From Bacteroidota bacterium (GTDB taxonomy: Bacteria; Bacteroidota; Bacteroidia; Flavobacteriales_D; Parvicellaceae): DNA of 64,000 nt. How positions within the stretch are numbered: the first letter of the stretch is position 1; every line of letters begins with the position of its first letter. The position numbers and the translations under genes are program-made. This document shows, piece after piece, positions 1 to 9,544 of this stretch. The stretch is from NCBI GenBank assembly GCA_036159515.1, contig JAYYEV010000043.1:8795-72794 (forward strand). Direction: 5' to 3'. The notes under the pieces are model-generated. The model was not told the origin of the DNA. It ran no database searches and worked only from the letters and a program-made list of their open reading frames with translations.

Positions 1-386
1 TAGGTACAAACGGTTCTCTCGGTTTTTTGTTTGAAAGGAAGGGGATATTCACAGTCAAGAAAGATTCTATTGATGCTGTTGATTTAGAAGAAGTAGAAAT
101 GGATTTAATTGATTTCGGGTTAGAAGAATTAACAGAAATGGATGAGGATATAATTATTCAAACCAGCTTTGATGAGTATGGTACAATGCAATCTGCGTTA
201 GAAAAAAGAGGTTGGGATGTGAGTAACACGGAATTGCAGAGATTACCCCTAAATTCAACGGCTCTTGATGTAGAAAATGCTAAAAAAGTAATGAAACTGA
301 TAGATAAGATGGAAGAAGATGACGATGTAAATGCAGTTTACCACAATTTGGAACTAACCGAAGAATTATTGGCTCAAATGGATTAA
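1..386 (+). CDS. YebC/PmpR family transcriptional regulator, C-terminal part (5' end lies outside the window)
   Basis: The frame is open from nt 3 (GTNGSLGFLFERKG...), so the tracked Met at 27 is internal. The acidic C-terminal domain ending DDDVNAVYHNLEL is typical of YebC/TACO1 proteins. Confidence 0.85.
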   Translation, partial: GTNGSLGFLFERKGIFTVKKDSIDAVDLEEVEMDLIDFGLEELTEMDEDIIIQTSFDEYGTMQSALEKRGWDVSNTELQRLPLNSTALDVENAKKVMKLIDKMEEDDDVNAVYHNLELTEELLAQMD

Positions 387-982
387 CTTTTTTTAGTTAA
401 TTCCATCCATATTTCATTTCCTTTTCTCTCTGGAATTGAGTTTTTACAAATTTGAAGTTTTTTGATATCAAATTTAGGTTCAAAAAGTTTTTGATACTCC
501 ATCATGCTACCCCCAAAAGGTGGCCCCTTTTTTTCAAAGTTAATACCGAATAAAAGACCAATTAACTGCCCTTTCTTTCGCAGAAGATTATGTGTTTTTT
601 CAACATACTTTACTCTTGCAGATGGATTTTGGGCGCAAAAAAAGGTTTGTTCAATAATAACATCAAAATAGGATGACATACTAAGATCAAAGAAGTTTTC
701 GGATAAAATTCTATTCTCTGGAAACCATTTGTTTTTTGATTTAAAGAGGGTAACTGCTTCAGAAGATATGTCCATGTAGAATACGTTTTTAAAGGCTAAC
801 TGGTGAGCATATGATACTTCATATCCTGAACCTGCCCCAGGAATCAAAATGTGTAAATCTTTATTTTTTTGAGTATCAAACCAATTTTTTATGGCGGGTG
901 AAATGTATCCAATATCCCAGCCAATTTTATTGGACTGATATCGACTATCCCAGTATGCTTTATCTAGCCTAATTTTCCCCAT
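383..982 (-). CDS. SAM-dependent methyltransferase, thiopurine S-methyltransferase (TPMT)-like family
   Basis: 199 aa. It has an N-terminal YWDSRYQ...GWDIG motif, the SAM-binding motif ILIPGAGSGYE, and a 199-aa size typical of TPMT/halide methyltransferases. Confidence 0.65.
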   Translation of the reverse strand: MGKIRLDKAYWDSRYQSNKIGWDIGYISPAIKNWFDTQKNKDLHILIPGAGSGYEVSYAHQLAFKNVFYMDISSEAVTLFKSKNKWFPENRILSENFFDLSMSSYFDVIIEQTFFCAQNPSARVKYVEKTHNLLRKKGQLIGLLFGINFEKKGPPFGGSMMEYQKLFEPKFDIKKLQICKNSIPERKGNEIWMELTKKS

Positions 983-2006
983 TGATTTCCCCCTTTTCAG
1001 AGAGTAAAATGGCTAATGATCGATAGGACTCAAACTTACTTAGTATGATCAAAATTACCACAGTTACCGGAACGCTTATTATCATTCCAGTGGTGCCCCA
1101 TATTGCTCCCCAAAAAACAAGTGAAATGATACTTAGCAAAGGACTTATATTCATAGAATTTCCAAGCCATTTTGGTTCTAGGAAATTTCCGATAATTACT
1201 TGAATAAAACCAACAACAAAAAAGATAATTAGTCCTGTACTAAAGTCTCCAAACTGAAGCAAACTGAACACAGCAGGAAAAACTGTAGCTAAAAGAGAAC
1301 CAATGGTTGGGATATAGTTTAATAAAAAGATAAGGAATGCCCAAAACACAGCGAAATTTAAATCACAAAATGCAAATACCAGATAACTAAAAAATCCAGT
1401 AATTAAGCTCACTAAGGTCTTTATACCTAAATATCTAGCCACTGACCATTCAATTTTGGAAAGTGTTTCCATTAATGAATTGTATTTGTTTTTATTTCTT
1501 ATGAAAATCTTTTGTAGTTTTTTATTGAACTGAGTTTCTTCAATAAAAATAAAAACAACAAAAAGGAGTATCATTAAGGCACTACTTAATATTGTGGAAA
1601 TAGCATTAAATAACTCTCCTGCTATGGCTTTAAAATCTAATGTGGACATGTTGTCCTCAACGTATGATTCAATATCGATATCAAAGGTGGTGTTTAGTGT
1701 TAAAATGATCTTGGCTATGTTATCATCATAATCATGATGTGATTTTATAATGTTATTAAAACTAGTGAGCACTACTTGAGATGAAAAAAATAGAACTAAG
1801 AAGACTAAAGCAGTAGAAATTATTTTTTTAAGCCCGTTGGGTACAACTTTTCCGTAAAATGGAATTTTTTGTGTGATGGCAGTGAAAATTCGAACAGTAA
1901 ACCATAATACAAGTGCAAAAATAAATGGCACTAAAACATATTGTCCATAGATTAATATCACAACTAGCACTACTGCGCATATGAGAAAATTGGTAAGCCT
2001 GTTCAA
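969..2006 (-). CDS. AI-2E family transporter (PerM/UPF0118-type permease)
   Basis: 345 aa, polytopic membrane protein. The conserved C-terminal region NYIPTIGS...EPKWLGNSMNISPL is characteristic of the AI-2E family. Confidence 0.75.
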   Translation of the reverse strand: MNRLTNFLICAVVLVVILIYGQYVLVPFIFALVLWFTVRIFTAITQKIPFYGKVVPNGLKKIISTALVFLVLFFSSQVVLTSFNNIIKSHHDYDDNIAKIILTLNTTFDIDIESYVEDNMSTLDFKAIAGELFNAISTILSSALMILLFVVFIFIEETQFNKKLQKIFIRNKNKYNSLMETLSKIEWSVARYLGIKTLVSLITGFFSYLVFAFCDLNFAVFWAFLIFLLNYIPTIGSLLATVFPAVFSLLQFGDFSTGLIIFFVVGFIQVIIGNFLEPKWLGNSMNISPLLSIISLVFWGAIWGTTGMIISVPVTVVILIILSKFESYRSLAILLSEKGEINGEN

Positions 2007-2051
2007 TCTTGATTATTTATGAATTAATCGCAATAAAGTTAAAATAATAAA

Positions 2052-2077
2052 TAAAAAAAGGCCTGCAGTTCAGGCCT
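2052..2077 (-). terminator. Intrinsic terminator downstream of the 1036-aa T9SS cargo gene
   Basis: On the minus strand it reads AGGCCTG-aactg-CAGGCCT followed by TTTTTTTAT. This is a 7-bp GC-rich stem, 5-nt loop and T-run, about 25 nt after the stop at 2103. Confidence 0.7.
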
Positions 2078-2102
2078 TTGTAAAATAATTATTATTGATG
2101 GG

Positions 2103-5100
2103 TTATTTCATGACTTGCAACTTCTTATACAATATCCCCTCACTATTTATGTACGAAATGTGGTAAATTCCATTGCTAAATGTAGAAAGGTCTACATTAA
2201 TAGCTCTGTCAATTTTAGTAATAGACTTTGAATAAACAATTTCTCCTAATGAGTTGGTGATTTCAATCTGACCATTGTTTACATTTTGATCATCAATTTT
2301 TAGAGTGGCAACTTCTTGAGCAGGATTAGGAAATACCATTAATGATGCATTTTCAATGTCTTTGTTTTCAATTCCTGTTGAGCTTGGAATAGCTTCTGCA
2401 GATTGTACAATTTCTTTTGAAGCATCATCCTGAATCCAAACTACAACACCTAGGTTGCTAAAGTCCTCCACTGAGTGACTGCTAGAGTGATCAATTGGAG
2501 AATTTGCATCAGGGGGTAACACATAACTTCCTTGGAAAGTGTAAGAGAAGTTTTCATTTACAGGAACTCCGTCTTGTAGTGGACTTAATGAAAATCCACT
2601 AGATCCAGGAACCATTTTTTTCATCACATAACCAAATTGGGTTTCCCCATTACTGCCCACATTGTTGTATGTCATATATTCAAAAATGGCAACATACAAA
2701 GTCAATGAATTGGTGAAATCTCCCAATGGATTAATGTTTACGTTAATATCAACGGTTTGGTTGTCAACTGTAAAAAAGGAGGATAACTCTACAAAAGCAG
2801 GAATGGCCAATACATCATCCATAACCTGTGCAGAAAGAGCACTTGAATTGTCCTGCCAGTAGTTTCCATCTACTACTAAATCAGGAACCGCATTTACACT
2901 GTAGTAACCTCTTCTATCTCCTCCTTCTTGAGTATAATACGGGTCTCCCGAACCTGGCCACGACATTTGATATTTTAGAATAGAATATTGGTCCAGAGCA
3001 TAGTTGGAAGTCACAGATGTTATGTTTTGGTTACCAGCTACGCAAGGGCCACAGGTAGAACTCGTAAATGCTTCAAGCATTGGTCTTTTCAATGTGGCGT
3101 TGTCATAAATAGTTACAGTAGCATATGCAGTGTCATTGGAATTATTCATATCGTTGGTGGAATTAATATTGCTAGCCCACACGGCAATATCATAGGTTCC
3201 TGCCGCAGTTGGGCTCCAACTTGTGCCATGATTAAATGAATGAATATCTCCAGTGCCAAGATTTAGTCCAGAAACTGATTCTGTTACTGGTGTTCCCCCA
3301 TCTATTGCGTAATTGATATCCATAGAAGTTACGGTATTAAGCCCCATATTTTGAAGTTCCCCTGAAACTACAAATGGTCCATTCGCTAGAATCAATGTTG
3401 GAGAAGTAGTAACGGCCATACCAGACATATCTATGGTTGAGGGGGTTGTGCACGTTAACGTTGCTTCAATGGGTATATAAGGGCCACCTACACCATCTAC
3501 ACAGTTCCAAGTCCCGTCTCCATCGATATACATGGTAATCGTACCAGTAGTAGATAATACCGATACACCAGAATGATCGCCATCGGCATCATACAGTAAA
3601 TTCCCTGAATTTCCTACTCCGTCATATATTTGGAGATTATCATACCCAACTTCTGTTTCTCCAGCAGTAATATTTAGCGTAATGAAATCACCTGGAGTAG
3701 AAGCTACGGCTGTGAAAACTGTAAATGCACCTGCGCCATAGCAATAGGGGCCAAAGTTATCTCCACACGTTGGAGGAGTTGAAAAACTAATGGGGCCTTG
3801 CCAATTACTCAAATCTCCATTTCCACAATCGGCCTGAACATAAAATTCATAATCAGTTTGCGATGATAATCCAGTGGCTGAATAGGATGTAGAAGTAACC
3901 GTAGCTGAGGTCCCAGAACCAAGTGTGAAACCTGCTGCTCCGTATTCAACGTTCCATGAAGGTTCGCTTCCTCCTGGAGTCCATGTAAAATCAGCACCCG
4001 TTGCTGACAAGTTACTAATTACAACATTAGTAGGCTTGATACATGAAGGGGCTTCTCTAATTTCAAAATGATCTATAGCTATATCTCCCCAGTATTGAAT
4101 TCCACTCCCATCGTCTCCTACATAGGCAGTAATTTTAAATTCTACAGACCCTGAAAAAGAAGATAGATCTACAAATTCTTCAACCCATTGGTCTCCCTGG
4201 TCTCCAGATTTACTAAATACATTAGTGTAAGATGTGCCTCCATTTGAGGATGCATCAATTTTTAACTCAGCAATAGAAGCACCAAACATATGGCTATAAA
4301 ACTTTAGTTGAGGTATGGTAAGTGCACTTAGGTCTATTGCTGGGGTATGTAAAATTGCACTGTCACCAGGAGCTCTTGGTGCAGAAGTTTCTATGTAAAT
4401 GTAGTTTCCTCCACCAGTTATGTCATCACTAGGCCCAGTTGGATTTGAGGGAGTAGTACCCGCATTAAGAGTCCAATCAAAAACATCATTTTGATCTTGA
4501 ATCCAACACGGAGCCATGCCAGGGTCAAAAGTTTCAAGATAAGGTGCGTTACCAGGACAAGTAGAAACGGTAATAGGTCCAGCAAAATTACTTAATCCGT
4601 TTCCAGAAGCTTGGCAATCTGATTGCACATAAAAATCATACATGGTATAGGAAGTTAATCCAGAAATGGTTGCTGTAGTGGTCGTTGATGTTGAAGTTGA
4701 TCCACTCCCTTGAGTAAATCCGGATGTTCCATATTCAATGGTGTAAGAACCTGCATTAGGCCCTGCAGACCAAGAAAGGTCAACTGAACTAGAAGTGGTT
4801 CCGGTAATCGAAACTCCATATGGATCTAAGCAGGCAGGAGGTGCACATGTTGAGTTAGAAACTCCAGACCATATCGGACCATCGTTACCAGAATTTGTTG
4901 GGTATGGACCATAGGACCCGACCGTGCTGCCGTCAGGAGCAGTTATGGTGTAAGTAATTTCGGTATCCCATGTTCCAGAAACAAAATCAAAACTTACGTT
5001 ATCCCCTGTATAAGTACTGATGGAGTCCATTGCGCTACTCCCTCCAGCTGGAACGCTAAAACTGGTTATTAATACGCTGTTAATTGATACATTGATTTGA

Positions 5101-5213
5101 GCACCATTCCAACCATCACCGTATGAATCCTGCATGTCAACAACATAATGACATTGAGAAAAAGAAAGTTGATAGGTTAAAAATGTGAATAGTAGAAGTA
5201 TTGTTTTTTTCAT
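2103..5213 (-). CDS. Large secreted multidomain T9SS cargo protein: N-terminal DSYGDGWNG module, two FN3-like domains flanking a MAM domain, an Omp28/thioredoxin-like CxxC module, and a type-A CTD
   Basis: 1036 aa. The signal peptide ends SFS|Q. Two related FN3-like segments are present (..SWSAGPNAGSYTIEYG.. and ..TWTPGGSEPSWNVEYG..). MAM-like region: FDWTLNAGTTPSNPTGPSDDITGGGNYIYIETS...IAIDHFEI. CxxC motif: MLEAFTSSTCGPCV. The C-terminus LMVFPNPAQEVATLKI...GIYHISY...KLQVMK is a typical Por/T9SS sorting domain. Confidence 0.8.
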   Translation of the reverse strand: MKKTILLLFTFLTYQLSFSQCHYVVDMQDSYGDGWNGAQINVSINSVLITSFSVPAGGSSAMDSISTYTGDNVSFDFVSGTWDTEITYTITAPDGSTVGSYGPYPTNSGNDGPIWSGVSNSTCAPPACLDPYGVSITGTTSSSVDLSWSAGPNAGSYTIEYGTSGFTQGSGSTSTSTTTTATISGLTSYTMYDFYVQSDCQASGNGLSNFAGPITVSTCPGNAPYLETFDPGMAPCWIQDQNDVFDWTLNAGTTPSNPTGPSDDITGGGNYIYIETSAPRAPGDSAILHTPAIDLSALTIPQLKFYSHMFGASIAELKIDASSNGGTSYTNVFSKSGDQGDQWVEEFVDLSSFSGSVEFKITAYVGDDGSGIQYWGDIAIDHFEIREAPSCIKPTNVVISNLSATGADFTWTPGGSEPSWNVEYGAAGFTLGSGTSATVTSTSYSATGLSSQTDYEFYVQADCGNGDLSNWQGPISFSTPPTCGDNFGPYCYGAGAFTVFTAVASTPGDFITLNITAGETEVGYDNLQIYDGVGNSGNLLYDADGDHSGVSVLSTTGTITMYIDGDGTWNCVDGVGGPYIPIEATLTCTTPSTIDMSGMAVTTSPTLILANGPFVVSGELQNMGLNTVTSMDINYAIDGGTPVTESVSGLNLGTGDIHSFNHGTSWSPTAAGTYDIAVWASNINSTNDMNNSNDTAYATVTIYDNATLKRPMLEAFTSSTCGPCVAGNQNITSVTSNYALDQYSILKYQMSWPGSGDPYYTQEGGDRRGYYSVNAVPDLVVDGNYWQDNSSALSAQVMDDVLAIPAFVELSSFFTVDNQTVDINVNINPLGDFTNSLTLYVAIFEYMTYNNVGSNGETQFGYVMKKMVPGSSGFSLSPLQDGVPVNENFSYTFQGSYVLPPDANSPIDHSSSHSVEDFSNLGVVVWIQDDASKEIVQSAEAIPSSTGIENKDIENASLMVFPNPAQEVATLKIDDQNVNNGQIEITNSLGEIVYSKSITKIDRAINVDLSTFSNGIYHISYINSEGILYKKLQVMK

Positions 5214-5283
5214 GGTTTACATATTTTAACACAATTTAGTATATATTTTGATATTATAAAAGGAGACAAAGCAAAAGCTTTGG

Positions 5284-5316
5284 AGAAAAAAATAGGTTAC
5301 AGATGCAACCTATTTT
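5284..5316 (-). terminator. Intrinsic terminator after tRNA-Arg
   Basis: On the minus strand it reads AATAGGTT-gcatctgt-AACCTATT followed by TTTTTTTCTCC. It starts 7 nt after the tRNA 3' end and separates the tRNA from the downstream cargo gene. Confidence 0.7.
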
Positions 5317-5322
5317 AAATAG

Positions 5323-5396
5323 TGACCCCGGCAGGATTCAAACCTGCAACCGCTGGAGCCGAAATCCAGTGCTCTATTCAGTTGAGCTACGAGGCC
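5323..5396 (-). tRNA. tRNA-Arg (anticodon UCG), 74 nt, no encoded CCA
   Basis: Reverse complement: GGCCTCG-TA-GCTC-AACTGAATA-GAGC-A-CTGGA-TTTCGGC-TCCAG-CGGTT-GCAGG-TTTGAAT-CCTGC-CGGGGTC-A. This folds as a full cloverleaf with anticodon loop UU-UCG-GC. Confidence 0.9.
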
Positions 5397-5402
5397 ATAA
5401 CA

Positions 5403-5410
5403 CAAAAGTA
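5403..5410 (-). promoter_or_regulatory. Bacteroidota -7 box (TAnnTTTG) for tRNA-Arg
   Basis: The plus strand reads CAAAAGTA, which is TACTTTTG on the minus strand. It ends 6 nt upstream of the mature tRNA 5' end. Confidence 0.4.
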
Positions 5411-5427
5411 GAATTATTTTATCATAA

Positions 5428-5435
5428 TAATTTTG
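5428..5435 (+). promoter_or_regulatory. Bacteroidota -7 box (TAnnTTTG) for the PorZ-like gene
   Basis: TAATTTTG lies 21 nt upstream of the GTG start at 5457. It is divergent from the tRNA-Arg promoter box. Confidence 0.35.
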
Positions 5436-5456
5436 ATTTTATTTAGTTTGTAGCCT

Positions 5457-7790
5457 GTGAGTAAATTAAATAGCATATTTCTTTTTTTATGTATTTACAT
5501 TCAATGTAATAATCCTTTTTTTGCTCAAAGCTACTTTTCGGTAGAAACATGGAGAGATCATTTACCTTACTCAAATGCCACAGAAATTTCAAAAGTAGGT
5601 GATCTTATTTACGCTTCAACTCCTCATTCTTTAGTTGAGCTAAATACAAATACCAATGAAATTACTCGTTTTTCGAAGGTGAATGGACTTAGTGAAACAG
5701 GAATTGCCCAAATAGTGGGTAGTGACCGATATAATACGTTAGTAATAGGTTATAATTCTAGTAATATAGATTTAATTAAAGATGGTGAAATTATAAACAT
5801 TTCAGCTATTCTAAACAGCAACTTAATTGGTGATAAAACGATAAATGAATTGTACGTTTATGAACAGTTTGTTTTCATTTGTACTGGATTTGGAATAGTG
5901 GTAATAGATCTCATTAGAGAAGAGGTTAATGACACTTATATAATAGGTCAAAACAATACGCAATTGAAAGTGAAAGACATCCACATTTCTTCAGATTCTA
6001 TATTTGCATTAACAGACTTAGGTATTCTTGCTGCTAATCGGAATTCCAACTTTCTTTCAGATTTTAATAATTGGAATTTAATATCGCAATCTCCATCTGG
6101 AAATATCGAAAGACTTGAATCAATAGAAGATGATTTCTTAGCGTTTGGAAATCAAAATATAATATATAGCTATAATGGCCAGTGGCAAACTATTATGAAT
6201 CGACCTAGTGAAGAATTAAGAAACGTAAGATATGTTGATCAAAAATTAGTAGTTGCTACATCCTCTTATGTGACCCTTTATGAATCGGATTTAACGGCAC
6301 TACAAGACACTTCAGCACTATTTTATGCGCTAAACGGAGTTACGGGCATAACTCCAAATGACTTTTACATTACAACAGACTATTATTGGTTAGCGGATGA
6401 AAAAAGAGGGTTTCATCGCTTAACTGACAATTTTAATGCACAAGAAATTGCAAACAGTGGCCCATTCACTAACGAAGCGTTTCACCTTTCCTGTGAAAAT
6501 GATCATTTATTTGTGTCTGCAGGTAGGGTAGACGGAACTAATTGGAATAAAACGTTCAATTGGCATGGGATATATGCCTATGATCAAAATGAATGGATGA
6601 TGTATAATCAGATTACAATTCCTGCAATGGAGCAAGACATTGATACGGTTTCTGATATTCTCTCAGTAACACCCCACTTAATTAATGAAAATGAATTTTT
6701 TGCTTCGTCATATGGGGGTGGATTACTGCATTTTCGTGATGGGCAGCTGATAGATAGATATTCTTATTATAATTCATCATTACAGCCAAGAATAGGGCAA
6801 AATAGTAACGTATTGGTTTCGTCATCAGCATTTGATTCACAAGGGAATTTATGGGTTTCTAACCCTTATACGAATTCACCGTTGTCTGTGTTGACACCTG
6901 ATGGTGAATGGCAATCATTTTATTGTGGAAACCAAGCAGCAGATAAGTTGTGTACAAGTCTTACAGTGGATAACCAGTATGGTTATGTGTGGATGATTAT
7001 TAAAGGATTAGGATTAGTTGTTTACGATTATAATCAAACCCCTCTTGATGATTCCGATGATGAGTATGCATTGGTTACTACGGCTAGTGGAAATGGTTCG
7101 CTTCCAAGTTCTTATGTAAATACCGTAGCTATTGATTTAGATGGAGTGATTTGGATTGGAACAGATAACGGACCTGTTCAATTCTACAGCTCTTACCCCA
7201 TTTTTAATGAGTCAAATTATAATGCTCAAAGAATACTGATTGAAGATAATGGTACTATTCAATATTTGCTTGAAAGTCAGATCATTAATGACATTGAAGT
7301 TGATGGTGCTAATCGAAAATGGATTGCAACAAACGGTGGAGGTTTATTTTTAATGTCCGAAGATGGAACAAATACAATCTATTCATTTTCATCATTGAAC
7401 AGCCCTTTGTACAGTGATCAAGTCAATGCGCTTGCTTTAAATCATAAAACAGGCGAGGTTTACATTGCTTCTGAAGATGGTATACAAGGGTTTAAATCTT
7501 CAGCTACCGAATCCTATCTTTCTTTTCAATCTTTAGAAGCCTATCCTAACCCTGTTAGAGAAAATTATTTTGGAAATATCGCCATAAAAGGAATGATGAC
7601 TAATTCTGAGGTAAAGGTAACAGATGCCAACGGTACATTGATAAGTAACTTAATTTCTGATGGTGGTCAGGCCGTTTGGAATGGAAAAAATTTAGAAAAT
7701 GAATTCGTTCCTTCTGGAGTATATTATTTTTTTGCTACCTCACAAGATGGGTATAGTAAGGCAAAAGGAAAAGTGTTAATCATCAGGTAG
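5457..7790 (+). CDS. porZ: Two-propeller T9SS protein with type-A CTD, PorZ-like (anionic-LPS delivery component)
   Basis: 777 aa, close to the length of PorZ as I recall it. The signal peptide ends FFA|Q. Repeated propeller-type segments occur (GLS..I, WIGT/WIATNGGGL). The C-terminus AYPNPVREN...GVYYFFA...KGKVLIIR is a T9SS sorting domain. The start codon is GTG. Confidence 0.55.
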   Translation: MSKLNSIFLFLCIYIQCNNPFFAQSYFSVETWRDHLPYSNATEISKVGDLIYASTPHSLVELNTNTNEITRFSKVNGLSETGIAQIVGSDRYNTLVIGYNSSNIDLIKDGEIINISAILNSNLIGDKTINELYVYEQFVFICTGFGIVVIDLIREEVNDTYIIGQNNTQLKVKDIHISSDSIFALTDLGILAANRNSNFLSDFNNWNLISQSPSGNIERLESIEDDFLAFGNQNIIYSYNGQWQTIMNRPSEELRNVRYVDQKLVVATSSYVTLYESDLTALQDTSALFYALNGVTGITPNDFYITTDYYWLADEKRGFHRLTDNFNAQEIANSGPFTNEAFHLSCENDHLFVSAGRVDGTNWNKTFNWHGIYAYDQNEWMMYNQITIPAMEQDIDTVSDILSVTPHLINENEFFASSYGGGLLHFRDGQLIDRYSYYNSSLQPRIGQNSNVLVSSSAFDSQGNLWVSNPYTNSPLSVLTPDGEWQSFYCGNQAADKLCTSLTVDNQYGYVWMIIKGLGLVVYDYNQTPLDDSDDEYALVTTASGNGSLPSSYVNTVAIDLDGVIWIGTDNGPVQFYSSYPIFNESNYNAQRILIEDNGTIQYLLESQIINDIEVDGANRKWIATNGGGLFLMSEDGTNTIYSFSSLNSPLYSDQVNALALNHKTGEVYIASEDGIQGFKSSATESYLSFQSLEAYPNPVRENYFGNIAIKGMMTNSEVKVTDANGTLISNLISDGGQAVWNGKNLENEFVPSGVYYFFATSQDGYSKAKGKVLIIR

Positions 7791-7865
7791 TTTTATACTT
7801 AGGGTTGTGAATATTTATTGGAGAAGTAAAAAATCAAATAAATAATAACGCATAGTTTTGATTGT

Positions 7866-8396
7866 ATGTGGTTAGATGTAGTAATTGCTTTACCTATACT
7901 TTGGGGAATTTATAACGGATATCAAAAAGGACTTATTTCTCAAGTTCTTGGAATAATAAGCTTAGCTATTGGAATTTATTTGGGGATTTACCATGGAGAT
8001 TTAGTCTTTTTTTTGTTAGAAGGTAAAGTTTCAGACACCTACATACCCATTATCTCTTTTGCCATCATTTTCTTAGCTACAGTAGCGCTGGGAATTTTAC
8101 TTTCTAAAGTCATTGAAAAAATGCTAGCCTTTATTCAATTAAAACAATTAAATAAAATAGGAGGAATTGTATTTGGAGTGCTAAAAGTGCTTCTTTTTTT
8201 GTTGGCCGGAATATATTTTTTTGAAAAGTGGGATACCAAAAATAGCATCATAAAGAGTGAAACAAAAAATGAATCGGTTTTATTTCCATTACTAGTTGAA
8301 ACCTCATCCATTATTTTACCGGAGTTAAATAATAAAGAAATACTAAATATTACAGAATCACTTCAACAAGAAAATGTCTTAAATCTAGAAGATTAG
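7866..8396 (+). CDS. cvpA: CvpA family membrane protein
   Basis: 176 aa with four TM segments. The N-terminus MWLDVVIALPILWGIYNGYQKGLISQV is typical of CvpA. Confidence 0.8.
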   Translation: MWLDVVIALPILWGIYNGYQKGLISQVLGIISLAIGIYLGIYHGDLVFFLLEGKVSDTYIPIISFAIIFLATVALGILLSKVIEKMLAFIQLKQLNKIGGIVFGVLKVLLFLLAGIYFFEKWDTKNSIIKSETKNESVLFPLLVETSSIILPELNNKEILNITESLQQENVLNLED

Positions 8397-8409
8397 TTAC
8401 ATTTGAGAT

Positions 8410-9534
8410 GTGTTTTTTGAAAACGATAACGCACATCTGCAAATAAAAACTCAACTCGTACAGTTGTATAAAACCAATAGAGTTCCACATGCTTTATTAT
8501 TTAGTGGTATGGAAGGTTCAGGTCATTTTCAGTTGGCCATGTTTTTTGCAAAAACCTTGCTTTGTAAAGAAGTTATTAGTGGCCCATGTAATCAATGTAC
8601 TTCTTGTAAAAAAATAGATAATTTTAATCACCCTGATCTTCATTTTTCATTTCCTATTCACCTTTCCAAATCAGAAAAATCAGAGGTATCGGATGATCAT
8701 ATAGTTGGTTTTTCTAAAATGCTAAAAGAATATCATTGTATAGGAAAACAGGTTTGGTATGCTAAAATGGGGAACGAAAATAAACAAGGTGTTATTGGAG
8801 TTAAAGAAGGACAGGAGATCATAAAAAAGTTGCAGTTAAAATCTTATGAAGGCGGGAAAAAGCTATTGATTATTTGGCTCCCAGAGTTAATGAACGTTCA
8901 AGCAGCTAATAAACTGCTAAAGCTCATAGAAGAACCCCCTGAAAAAACAAATTTGATTTTTGTTTCAGATCGTTCTGAGCAACTACTACAAACCATTTCT
9001 TCTAGATTACAACAAATTAAAGTTCCTCCTTTTGAAAATAGTTTTGTGAGTATGTATTTACAGTCTCATTTTGATGTAGAAGAAAGTGAGGCTAAAATGC
9101 TTTCAAAAAGTGCTGGAGGAAACCTACATAAGGCTATATATAAGCACCTTAACAATGAAAAAAGTCAAGAATTCTTAGCTCAGTTTGTCCAATGGATGAG
9201 GTTATGTTATTCAAGAAATATTTCAGACACTATAGATTGGGTTAATGATTTCTCTAAAAAAGGAAGAGAAACAAATAAAGAGTTTCTTAAATATGCGTTG
9301 GAATTATTTAGACAGTGTATTACAAATCATTACATGGTGTCCATGGACGGATTAAGCCCTGAAGAAGAACAATTTTTAATAAAGTTCAAACCTTTTATAA
9401 ATCATAACAATATCATTGAATTGAATAAGGTTATAAATGAGGCTTATTATCATGTGGAAAGAAATGCTAATATTAAAATTCTTATGTTAGATGTCTCACT
9501 GCATTTATATAAATTGATCAGAAATTCGAAATGA
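8410..9534 (+). CDS. holB: DNA polymerase III subunit delta'
   Basis: 374 aa. It has RVPHALLFSGMEGSGH (a degenerate Walker A typical of delta'), a Cys cluster CNQCTSCKK, and SRLQ (sensor-2-like). The start codon is GTG. Confidence 0.8.
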   Translation: MFFENDNAHLQIKTQLVQLYKTNRVPHALLFSGMEGSGHFQLAMFFAKTLLCKEVISGPCNQCTSCKKIDNFNHPDLHFSFPIHLSKSEKSEVSDDHIVGFSKMLKEYHCIGKQVWYAKMGNENKQGVIGVKEGQEIIKKLQLKSYEGGKKLLIIWLPELMNVQAANKLLKLIEEPPEKTNLIFVSDRSEQLLQTISSRLQQIKVPPFENSFVSMYLQSHFDVEESEAKMLSKSAGGNLHKAIYKHLNNEKSQEFLAQFVQWMRLCYSRNISDTIDWVNDFSKKGRETNKEFLKYALELFRQCITNHYMVSMDGLSPEEEQFLIKFKPFINHNNIIELNKVINEAYYHVERNANIKILMLDVSLHLYKLIRNSK

Positions 9535-9544
9535 ATTCAAAAAG

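Noticed and set aside
2662-3997. Shadow ORFs inside the 1036-aa cargo gene (2662-2862+, 2988-3239+, 3809-3997-).
   Set aside because: They are short, nested in a gene with strong domain evidence, and have no independent signals.
5323-5396. tRNA-Arg and tRNA-Phe (28657-28729) as possible integration sites of genomic islands.
   Set aside because: No integrase lies next to either tRNA. I could not find a repeated copy of either tRNA 3' end in the window. The flanking genes are core or ordinary.
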